This document shows positions 56,631-64,000 of a stretch of 64,000 nucleotides of DNA, in pieces (positions within the stretch are counted from its first letter, which is position 1; the number at the start of each line of letters is the position of its first letter). Under the pieces are notes generated by a model that worked only from the letters and a program-made list of their open reading frames with translations, had not been told where the DNA came from and did not search any database. The translations under genes and the position numbers were made by a program. This stretch comes from Acidobacteriota bacterium (GTDB lineage: Bacteria; Acidobacteriota; UBA6911; RPQK01; CBDAPI01). The stretch is from positions 835,843 through 899,842 of the forward strand of contig CBDCBX010000021.1 of NCBI GenBank assembly GCA_965214465.1. The letters run 5' to 3'.

Positions 56631-57566
56631 GTGACGCCGCAGGTTGAAGTGGGGCTGAATGCTGTCATCGTGGCGGTAACCGAGGAGATTCCCCGCATCC
56701 TCACGCTAACTCTAGAAGACGGCCGGGGGTCGCCGCAGGCCGCACTCCCGTACGGCCCTCTGGACGTTGATCGTGACTCGACGTTGGAGCTGGGCCTGCG
56801 GCGCTGGGTGAAGGAGCAGACCGGCATCCGTCCCGGCTACGCCGAACAACTGTACACCTTTGGTGACCGCAACCGCGATCCCGGAGATGCGCGGCTCTTG
56901 TCCGTTGCCTATCTGGCGCTGGTCAGGGAGCAGGCTCCGCCCGTTGCCGCGGCCCGCTGGACGAACTGGTATGCCTTCCTTCCCTGGGAGGACTGGCGTG
57001 AAGGCCGTCCCGTTGTCCTTGACCGAGACATATTGCCGGCCCTGGAAGACTGGACGGATTCCTCTCCTCGAGACCGTTCGCTGCGTCGCGAGCGCATTGA
57101 GGTCTGTTTCGGATGGGGAGGTGCGCCCTGGAATTGGGAGCGCGTTCTGGAACGCTACGAGCTACTCTACGAGGCGAAGCTGGTCCCGGAAGCGTGGCCG
57201 GAAGAGGCCACTCACCACCATTTCGGCGGTCCGAAGCTGGGAAGGACCATGTTTCTGGACCACCGCCGTATCCTTGCCACTTCCCTCGATCGACTGCGTG
57301 GAAAACTGAAGTATCGACCGGTCGTCTTCGAGCTTCTTCCCCCGGAGTTCACGCTTCTCCAGCTTCAGAGACTGGTAGAGGCTCTGGAAGGCCTCCGACT
57401 TCACAAGCAAAACTTCCGACGTCTCGTCGAGCGAGCCGGGCTTGTAGAAGGAACCTCTCACCTCCACACTCAGACGGGCGGGCGACCGGCCGAACTATTC
57501 CGCTTCCGCAAAGAGGTTCTCAAAGAACGGCCGGCTCCCGGCGTGGGACTTCCCGGCGTTTCCTGA
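56631..57566 (+). CDS. nrtR: NrtR-family Nudix-related transcriptional regulator of NAD metabolism
   Basis: It has an N-terminal Nudix-like domain and a C-terminal winged helix with the NrtR signature LLPPEFTLLQLQRLVEALEG...KQNFRRLV (compare NrtR LLPxxFTLxQLQ...NFRRK). It lies immediately upstream of nadA. It has a GTG start. Confidence 0.8.
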   Translation: MTPQVEVGLNAVIVAVTEEIPRILTLTLEDGRGSPQAALPYGPLDVDRDSTLELGLRRWVKEQTGIRPGYAEQLYTFGDRNRDPGDARLLSVAYLALVREQAPPVAAARWTNWYAFLPWEDWREGRPVVLDRDILPALEDWTDSSPRDRSLRRERIEVCFGWGGAPWNWERVLERYELLYEAKLVPEAWPEEATHHHFGGPKLGRTMFLDHRRILATSLDRLRGKLKYRPVVFELLPPEFTLLQLQRLVEALEGLRLHKQNFRRLVERAGLVEGTSHLHTQTGGRPAELFRFRKEVLKERPAPGVGLPGVS

Positions 57567-57581
57567 AGATCTGGTACTAAT

Positions 57582-57665
57582 CGTAGGGGCCGGTCTTGTG
57601 CCGGCCCGTTTGGCGGGCGACCACAAAGGTCGCCCCTACACTGCCCAGAACTCATTTCTCCCTTG
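57582..57665 (-). repeat. REP-like composite repeat, copy C (inverted orientation)
   Basis: CGTAGGGGCCGGTCTTGTGCCGGCCCGTTTGGCGGGCGACCACAAAGGTCGCCCCTAC is the reverse complement of copies A/B/D. The adjacent CCCAGAAC tract is the reverse complement of GTTCTGGG. Confidence 0.8.
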
Positions 57666-57691
57666 ACAACCTATATACTCAATTCTAGTAT
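57663..57691 (+). promoter_or_regulatory. sigma70-type promoter candidate for nadA (TTGACA - 17 bp - TAGTAT)
   Basis: It has a perfect -35 hexamer, a 17-bp spacer and a TAnnAT -10 box, ~80 bp upstream of the nadA ATG. Confidence 0.5.
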
Positions 57692-57740
57692 AAGTAACGG
57701 GGCATCCAGGGCGAACGGCCCTCCTTTTTTGACCCTACAT

Positions 57741-57757
57741 ATGCTCACAGTGAGCAT
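57741..57757 (+). promoter_or_regulatory. perfect 8-1-8 palindrome ATGCTCAC-A-GTGAGCAT, candidate NrtR operator in the nadA leader
   Basis: It is perfect dyad symmetry immediately upstream of the nadA RBS (AAGAGAGG). It is preceded by a GC hairpin+T6 (AGGGCGAACGGCCCT CC TTTTTT) at 57706-57730. Confidence 0.45.
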
Positions 57758-57769
57758 AAGAGAGGCACC

Positions 57770-58786
57770 ATGCTGACCAAGAACACAAGCGATCCCTCCC
57801 TGACTTACACCCCGGAGATTGCCCGGCTGACGGGGCCGATTTACGAGCGGGTTCGCAATGTGATTCCTGAAGTGGAATGGCCTGTCCATGCTCCTTATAT
57901 CGCCGCCATCAACCGACTGAAAGTTGAACGCAATGCGATCGTGATGGCTCACAACTATCAGACCCCGGAGATCTTCCACGGAGTTAGTGACTTCGCCGGG
58001 GACTCGCTGGCCCTGGCTCGGAAGGCCGTCGAGACGGATGCCGAAGTCATCGTGCTGTGCGGGGTTCACTTCATGGCGGAGACGGCCAAGATCTTGAACC
58101 CGGCAAAGAGAGTCCTGATTCCTGACCTCGAGGCAGGTTGTTCTCTCGCCTCCTCGATCAGGGCTGAGGATGTTCGCCTCCTGAAGCAGCGCTATCCGGG
58201 CGTGCCGGTTGTCACCTACGTAAATACGACCGCGGCAGTGAAGGCTGAGTGCGACATCTGCTGCACTTCCAGCAACGCCGTGCAGGTGGTTGAATCCCTC
58301 AACAGCGACACCGTAATCTTTCTTCCCGATGAGTACCTCGCCAACTGGGTGGCGGGGAAGACCGGCGTGAGAATCATCTCCTGGAAGGGTCGCTGCGAAG
58401 TCCATGAACGATTCACGGCGGCAGAGCTCCGGCAGTACCGGAAGAGTGTTCCTGGAGTGACCATTCTGGCCCATCCCGAATGCCCACCGGACGTCCTTGA
58501 AGAAGCCGACTATGTTGGCTCAACGGCTGGAATGATCAAGCACGTCAAGACCGAGCGCCCGGCCCGGGTCGTCATGGTCACGGAATGCTCCATGAGTGAC
58601 AACGTGGCGGTCGAGTGCCCCGACATCGAGTTCATTCGACCCTGCAACCTGTGCCCCCACATGAAGAAGATCACTCTGCCCAAGATCCTGCGCTCACTGC
58701 AGGAAATGGTCTATGAGATCGAGCTGGACCGGGAGCTGGCGGATCGAGCTCGCCTGTCTCTGGAGCGGATGGTCCGGGTCGGCTAA
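57770..58786 (+). CDS. nadA: quinolinate synthase A
   Basis: The 338-aa product carries NadA motifs (VMAHNYQ, HFMAET, the three Fe-S cysteines in CGVHFM / TSSN...C / PCNLCPHM). Confidence 0.95.
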   Translation: MLTKNTSDPSLTYTPEIARLTGPIYERVRNVIPEVEWPVHAPYIAAINRLKVERNAIVMAHNYQTPEIFHGVSDFAGDSLALARKAVETDAEVIVLCGVHFMAETAKILNPAKRVLIPDLEAGCSLASSIRAEDVRLLKQRYPGVPVVTYVNTTAAVKAECDICCTSSNAVQVVESLNSDTVIFLPDEYLANWVAGKTGVRIISWKGRCEVHERFTAAELRQYRKSVPGVTILAHPECPPDVLEEADYVGSTAGMIKHVKTERPARVVMVTECSMSDNVAVECPDIEFIRPCNLCPHMKKITLPKILRSLQEMVYEIELDRELADRARLSLERMVRVG

Positions 58787-58821
58787 CGGAAACTTTCCTC
58801 GTTGTCGCGGCCGACAGGTCG

Positions 58822-59220
58822 CTATTCTTCCGGCTCTACTTTTCCGCGGTGGCAGGTGTAACAGGTCACCCGGTGATCGGTGTCCAGCTTGGAGATGTAC
58901 TTCGTGTTGATCTCCTGCACCATCAACATCATGGAACGCGCCGCCGCTTTGGCGGGCTTCACGTCGGACGCGAAATTGAAGGTTGATAAGTCGTCCCCTT
59001 CCCCATCGTGGCAGTACCAGCACCGGGTTCCCAGGGCGAAAGTGAAGTCCTTCATCGTGTTGATCAGGTCCATCCTGGAGGTGTCCTTGGGAAGAACCTG
59101 GAGATTCTCAAACTTGTCCGGGATTTGCGCGGTGGCCGGCGTCGACCACGTCAGCACAGCGACAGCCACTAGAGCCACCACAGCTACCAAGACACTCAAG
59201 CCACCCTGGGTTCTATTCAT
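58822..59220 (-). CDS. secreted di-haem c-type cytochrome (reaction-centre cytochrome-c-subunit-like family)
   Basis: It has a signal peptide and two CxxCH motifs (CWYCH, CYTCH) with NF.SD.K..K..AR.M spacing typical of the CytoC_RC family. Confidence 0.65.
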   Translation of the reverse strand: MNRTQGGLSVLVAVVALVAVAVLTWSTPATAQIPDKFENLQVLPKDTSRMDLINTMKDFTFALGTRCWYCHDGEGDDLSTFNFASDVKPAKAAARSMMLMVQEINTKYISKLDTDHRVTCYTCHRGKVEPEE

Positions 59221-59358
59221 TCTCTCTCCAATCTTCTGTTTGAACAGCCGTCTATTTTAACAGATACGGAACGGCCTCTCGGGTCTCGCATGGACCACCG
59301 CGGCCTGACGCCCGCGGTTCTGTGGATCACTCCACTGGCCGCTCGACACTTCATGAAT

Positions 59359-60423
59359 CTAAATCCTCGGTCGGCCTCCATTGCCATACCCGGTCAGTTC
59401 CACATAGCCTACACCCGTCACTTCTCTGCCCTGCCATCGACCTTTGATCTCCACGGCTCCCTCCCAGTACACGATGCCCGTTGAAGACCGGGTGTCGAGC
59501 TCCTGCGCCTCCAGCAGAGGGAGAACTTCCAACCTGCAGTCGAAACCGGGGATCTCGATGACCCACTCGACCGGGTAGGAAATGCCGGTATCGGGGCTCG
59601 TCCAAATACGGCTTGACCTCACCTGAAACTGCTTCTGACGAAGGTGTGTTGCCCCCGCTTCGGGGGAAATTACCGTTCCGCTCGAGTTTGGGACAAGCGA
59701 GCCGTCCTTCCGTCTCAGCTGATAGATCATGATCTCAAACTGGTTGTCGAGCTGCAGGCTGAACCAGTCCCACCCAACCTGTTCTGCGGAGAGCTGACTG
59801 GTACCAAACTCGTGGTCCATCCAGGCCTGTCCCCCAACCTTGAAAACCTGATCGTCGAGACGAATGCTCCCCTCGACTTGCAGCCGGGTCAGCGAGTAGT
59901 AGTGAGAGGCTTGACCGAGTTGATCACCCTTCTGACTGACTCCCATCTCTCCGTGAACGACGGGGACCTTCAGCGGGATGAGTTCCAGGTCAATGGCCGC
60001 CTTCGGAGACCCGGCCTCCAGCAGGATCCTGCCCTCTTGCAGCCGGGCCCGCCACTGCTGGTTCCAGACATCCAGCGTCCCGGTTCGCGATCCGGCGACT
60101 CCGGGACTGGTGCGGCTCAGTTTCTGATAGTGAAGGAAGCGCCCGGCCTCGACATCCGAGAGGGCAAAGTGAGCTGGATACAGATCACCCAGGGCCCAGC
60201 TCGACGGGGAAACGGGGTCCCGGCGAATGCCAAGCCTGAAGAACGTCAGCTGAAACCCGAAGCGGCGTCCGTCTTCCGAGGTCAAGTGCCCCGTCCAATA
60301 CCACCACTCCAGCTTGTAGCGGGGATGGTTTCCGTGATCACGCGGAAAGGAGAACTCGTAGCCGGGCAGGGCCAGTTCAAAGACTCCCTGCCACAGCAGC
60401 AGCAGCATCAAGAGAAATGTCAT
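59359..60423 (-). CDS. AttH/CrtC-like (hydroxyneurosporene-synthase-like) lipocalin-fold protein
   Basis: HPRYKLEWWYWTGHL is the family signature. It overlaps the upstream ABC permease gene by 4 nt (attFGH-type arrangement). Confidence 0.8.
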   Translation of the reverse strand: MTFLLMLLLLWQGVFELALPGYEFSFPRDHGNHPRYKLEWWYWTGHLTSEDGRRFGFQLTFFRLGIRRDPVSPSSWALGDLYPAHFALSDVEAGRFLHYQKLSRTSPGVAGSRTGTLDVWNQQWRARLQEGRILLEAGSPKAAIDLELIPLKVPVVHGEMGVSQKGDQLGQASHYYSLTRLQVEGSIRLDDQVFKVGGQAWMDHEFGTSQLSAEQVGWDWFSLQLDNQFEIMIYQLRRKDGSLVPNSSGTVISPEAGATHLRQKQFQVRSSRIWTSPDTGISYPVEWVIEIPGFDCRLEVLPLLEAQELDTRSSTGIVYWEGAVEIKGRWQGREVTGVGYVELTGYGNGGRPRI

Positions 60424-63023
60424 CCCGTCCTCAAGGCACGCAGCGCATCCATTCGACTGACCAGCAGGGCCGGATAGATCCCGGCGACAACCGTCACCAG
60501 GAGTATAAGAGTCAGTCCGGCCGCCACAAGAACAAACGGAAAATCAAATTGAATCGTCCATCCAAACGACTGAAGATTGATGACGTAGACCAGAAGCAGC
60601 GAGAGTACGAGGCCGAGGGCCAACCCCAGCAGACACCCCGCCAGACCCAGCACCATTGCTTCCGCAAGCGTGATCCGCCGAATCTGCTTCTTGAATGCCC
60701 CCAGGAAACGAAGCAGTGAGAACTCACCCCGTCTCTCCAGGATCAAGGTGGCCAGCGTATTGGTCACTCCCAGTGCGGCCACGATCAAAGCGATGATCTC
60801 CAACCCGTATGTAATGCGAAAGGTCCGGTCGAACACTCTGAGAGCTGAAGCCCGGAGCGCCGAACTCGGCTGGATACTCAGGACTTGCCCGGAAAGAGCC
60901 AAGCGAATCCTGTCACTCACGAGATCGCTGTCCTCACCCGGCCCCAGATAGACAGCCAGAGTGTCGGCACTTCGATCCCGGAACAGTTCATCAAAAAGAG
61001 ATCGGTCCATGACGATCACACCCCGGTCACTGGAGTAATCATAGTAGATGGCTTCGACTTTAAGAGACCGGGGCCCGGACGGCGTCCTCAGCGAGATCTC
61101 GTCACCCCGGGCCACCCCGAAGCGCCGACTGAAAGGCTCAGACACAAGAACCCTGTCGCCGGCCCGGGCACGGTGAACAATCTCGGCTGATGATCGTGAG
61201 TCGGCAAAGAGAAGTCGGCCATGTTTCTCGAGGACTCGGAATCCGGCACCTGCCAGGGTGACCGGCACTCCTTCCCAATCAATCGTTGTGCCCCTGAAGG
61301 TCCCCACGGCATCAACACCGGGAATTCCCTCGATACGGGAGATCGTGTCAAACGAAAGGGGACTTGATCCGTTTCTGCCGGAGGTGCCGGCAGCTCGAAG
61401 GAAGAGATCCGCCACGAAGGTTTGCTCGATCCAGGCCTGGACCGTGGTTCGAAAGCTCCCTACCATTGTCGCCACGCCGACAAACATGGAGACAGCGATC
61501 ATCAGCGAAACAACGGCCAGGATCACACGACTGGCATTCCCGTGAAGCTGCCGGAGCGCCAGGCGAGTCTCCACACCCACCCAGGACGGGATCCTATTCC
61601 TGACCAGGTTCAAGACCACATCCATGACCGGAAGGGCCCCCAGGGCGAAGGCGCACAGAAAGAGGAGGCAGGCCAGGTATCCGAACACGGGAACACCGTT
61701 GACCGGCGGCCCAAAACTGAGAAGACAGGCAAGAGCAATGGCAACGGCACTGGTAAGCGCCAGCCCACGCTGATGACTCAACCGGGCCAAGGACCAGGGC
61801 CCCTCGCGAAGGACTTCGACGGGAGACAGCCTGGTGGCTGACCAGGCGGGTCGGATACCGGCTACTATGGCAACCCCCATGCCAACACAGGCCAGCGCGA
61901 TCAGGATGCCGAGTTCGAGCTGATCATGAGCGGGCCCGCCGGTGACTCCCCCGTAAAACTCACCTATCGTACGTCCTACCAGCAACTCGGCGAAAGAGCC
62001 CAGCCAGGGAGCCAATATCACTCCCGCAGCAGCGCCCAGGAAACCGAGAAAGACGGCCTCGGCCAGGAAGAGGGCAAAGATCACACTTCTGGAGGTACCG
62101 AGGGCTCGCAGGGTGGCTACCTCTGAACGGCGGGAAATCGCGGACAGACCAACCGTGCTGTAGATCAGAACAACACCGACGATCAACCCCAGGTAGCTGA
62201 GAACTCTGAGATTGAGCTGGAAACTGCCCAGCATGCGGCTGCTTTGTCTGGAAAGGTCTCCTTTGCGATGCAGGGTCAGACGGCCCGCAATCTGACTCTC
62301 CACTCTGCGCACAGCCGATTCCTGTCTCGAATCGTCCAGTCTGAAATCGATCCGATCGATCAACCCGGCTTTACCGAGAACGTCCTGAGCCGTGGCGATG
62401 TCCATGATGATCAGGTTGCCACCGAAGGCCCCGGCAATCCCAAGGCGGCCCAGGATGGACCCAACCTCGAAGTCCCAGGCCCGTCCGCCGATATACAGCT
62501 TCAGCTGGGAACCGACTTGCAGCCCGTGGCGGCGGGCCAGCGTTTCGGGTACCAGGACCTGGCGATCTTTCTCCAACAGACTCAGGAAAGACCCGGGCCT
62601 CAGCCGGTCTGTCCCAGGGTTTGTCCCCGATGTCTCACCCTGGCTGCGGAAATAGTCACGGACCGCAGTGTCTCCAACCAGGTCTACGCCATAGACTCGG
62701 AGCTGTGTCCCGTCCGAGGTCCCGGCCCGTCCCTCCAGTCGGGGAGTCATCGAGCCGAACTCCCAGAACCAGGCGAATTCCTGCAGCCAGCTCTCCTGGA
62801 GGGGAAAGCCACTCCCCTGGACATGGAAATCGGAACGGCCTTCGACCAGATCCAGGCTCTGGGAAAACGACATGACCGCTCTCTTCGTGGACAGATGCAC
62901 GGCCCCCACAACTGCCAGCCCCAGAGCCACTCCTGCGACGGTCAGAAAGCTCCGGAGGCGGTACTGAAGGATGGGGCGGAGTGTGAATTTCCGGACCAGC
63001 GAGAAGAAGCTTGTCCATCTCAT
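60420..63023 (-). CDS. ABC transporter permease with two FtsX domains (MacB/AttG-like)
   Basis: The 867-aa product has two 4-TM FtsX modules separated by large periplasmic domains. Confidence 0.9.
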   Translation of the reverse strand: MRWTSFFSLVRKFTLRPILQYRLRSFLTVAGVALGLAVVGAVHLSTKRAVMSFSQSLDLVEGRSDFHVQGSGFPLQESWLQEFAWFWEFGSMTPRLEGRAGTSDGTQLRVYGVDLVGDTAVRDYFRSQGETSGTNPGTDRLRPGSFLSLLEKDRQVLVPETLARRHGLQVGSQLKLYIGGRAWDFEVGSILGRLGIAGAFGGNLIIMDIATAQDVLGKAGLIDRIDFRLDDSRQESAVRRVESQIAGRLTLHRKGDLSRQSSRMLGSFQLNLRVLSYLGLIVGVVLIYSTVGLSAISRRSEVATLRALGTSRSVIFALFLAEAVFLGFLGAAAGVILAPWLGSFAELLVGRTIGEFYGGVTGGPAHDQLELGILIALACVGMGVAIVAGIRPAWSATRLSPVEVLREGPWSLARLSHQRGLALTSAVAIALACLLSFGPPVNGVPVFGYLACLLFLCAFALGALPVMDVVLNLVRNRIPSWVGVETRLALRQLHGNASRVILAVVSLMIAVSMFVGVATMVGSFRTTVQAWIEQTFVADLFLRAAGTSGRNGSSPLSFDTISRIEGIPGVDAVGTFRGTTIDWEGVPVTLAGAGFRVLEKHGRLLFADSRSSAEIVHRARAGDRVLVSEPFSRRFGVARGDEISLRTPSGPRSLKVEAIYYDYSSDRGVIVMDRSLFDELFRDRSADTLAVYLGPGEDSDLVSDRIRLALSGQVLSIQPSSALRASALRVFDRTFRITYGLEIIALIVAALGVTNTLATLILERRGEFSLLRFLGAFKKQIRRITLAEAMVLGLAGCLLGLALGLVLSLLLVYVINLQSFGWTIQFDFPFVLVAAGLTLILLVTVVAGIYPALLVSRMDALRALRTG

Positions 63024-63032
63024 GTTGGGCTC

Positions 63033-63707
63033 TCAGTCACTGGGCACCAGTTGTCCGTCTCGCATGCCAATTGTCCTGTCGGCAAAACTGGCGGCTTCTC
63101 GGCTGTGGGTAGCCATGACCACTGCAGTATCCGTCTGGCCTGCCAACTCCTGCATCCTCTCCAGGACGATTTCACCATTGTCGGTGTCCAGGTTCCCCGT
63201 GGGCTCGTCAGCCAGCAGCAGCCGGGGCCCGGTGACCAGAGCTCGGGCGACAGCTGCTCTTTGCATCTCGCCCCCGGACAGCTGTCCAGGGAAACTGGCC
63301 AAGCGATCGGAGAGGCCCACCAGTTCCAGAAGATCAAGGGCTCTTCTCCGGGACCATCTGCCTCCCAACAGTTCCAGAGGCAACTCGACGTTTTCTAAAA
63401 CCGTCAAGGTGGGCAACAGATAGAAGAACTGAAAGACGAACCCGACTTGGCCGCGCCGGAATCGGGTTAATCGTGTTTCACTCAGGCGGTGCAGCGGCAA
63501 GTCCCTGTACCAGATTTCGCCCTCAGTGGGCTGATCCATGCCCCCGAGCAAGTGCAACAGGGTGCTCTTCCCACATCCACTGGAACCTGTGACGGCCAGA
63601 AACTCGCCAGGATAGATCTCCAGGGAAGCCCTCTGGACAGCTTGTACCCTGCCACCCCCGCTTTGGTAGGTCTTGGAAGCTTCAATTGTCCGAACCAGAG
63701 GTTCCAC
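63033..63707 (-). CDS. ABC transporter ATP-binding protein (LolD/MacB-type)
   Basis: It has Walker A (GSSGCGKSTLL), the signature motif (LSGGEMQRAAVARAL), Walker B (LLADEPTGNLD) and the H-loop. Confidence 0.95.
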   Translation of the reverse strand: MEPLVRTIEASKTYQSGGGRVQAVQRASLEIYPGEFLAVTGSSGCGKSTLLHLLGGMDQPTEGEIWYRDLPLHRLSETRLTRFRRGQVGFVFQFFYLLPTLTVLENVELPLELLGGRWSRRRALDLLELVGLSDRLASFPGQLSGGEMQRAAVARALVTGPRLLLADEPTGNLDTDNGEIVLERMQELAGQTDTAVVMATHSREAASFADRTIGMRDGQLVPSD

Positions 63708-63719
63708 GGGCTCATACTA

Positions 63720-63847
63720 GCATTCTCGTTCCTCGTTCCAAGTTCCAACGTCCCACGTTCGAACGTGGGACCCCGGCACGAACAGCGGCGTAGGGGCGAC
63801 CCTTGTGGTAGTCCGCTCAACGGGCCGGCACAAGACCGGCCCCTACG
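63720..63847 (+). repeat. REP-like composite repeat, copy D, with an extra perfect 22-bp palindrome
   Basis: The tract is GTTCCTCGTTCCAAGTTCC. It includes GTCCCACGTTCGAACGTGGGAC (a perfect palindrome, 63750-63771), followed by CGTAGGGGCGACCCTTGTGGTAGTCCGCTCAACGGGCCGGCACAAGACCGGCCCCTACG. Confidence 0.8.
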
Positions 63848-64000
63848 AACAGGCCCCGCACACATGCAGCTGAACAAATCCCCGCTCCCCCCTGTAGGGT
63901 AGAATGGCAAAGCGCGCTGACGCAGCAGCGACGGGTTCGGAATGGTACAGACATCAATCCTGGGCGAAGTCATCAAGATGGCCCTCAACTCCATCTGGGC

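Noticed and set aside
57692-57769. NAD+ riboswitch (nadA motif) in the nadA leader
   Set aside because: This was considered because nadA-motif RNAs are known upstream of nadA in Acidobacteria. The leader from the predicted TSS is only ~75 nt with a single simple hairpin, too short for the two-domain motif. Protein-based control through NrtR and the palindrome is the better-supported reading.

Overview
This is a 64-kb window of high-GC (~60%) bacterial chromosome. The gene content resembles a soil Acidobacteria-like or Planctomycete/Verrucomicrobia-like organism, but that cannot be proven from sequence. No rRNA, intact tRNA or CRISPR array was found. Housekeeping genes are gpmI, lptD, folK, lepB, pgi, yhhQ, fadD-like, nadA, an attFGH-like ABC operon and a Ser/Thr kinase. 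They are interleaved with accessory material: an IS481-family and an IS256-family element, two MITE-like elements, and an unusual REP-like repeat family (4 copies). There is a ~4.5-kb low-GC island carrying flotillin-NfeD flanked by two paralogous Cys/His/Cys (beta-carbonic-anhydrase-like) proteins. There is a candidate periplasmic sugar-oxidation locus (Gfo/Idh/MocA, DUF6807, two xylose-isomerase-like TIM barrels, enolase-superfamily enzyme, SSF transporter). An NrtR-nadA regulatory unit has a palindromic operator candidate. The most unusual region is ~38-51 kb, an IS-scarred, gene-decaying segment. It holds a secreted trimeric-fibre-like protein with 15-residue repeats and a C-terminal peptidase-S74 intramolecular-chaperone domain in a non-prophage context. 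A truncated inverted 5' duplicate of that gene lies 4.2 kb away, and a three-member paralogous secreted beta-sandwich family is present. Nearby are a RadC-like pseudogene, a tRNA-3'-end-like fragment and a frameshifted metzincin protease. At least four genes carry frameshifts or local duplications (prolyl oligopeptidase, RadC, a small Cys-rich ORF at a G7 tract, the metalloprotease). These are either genuine decay or assembly errors.
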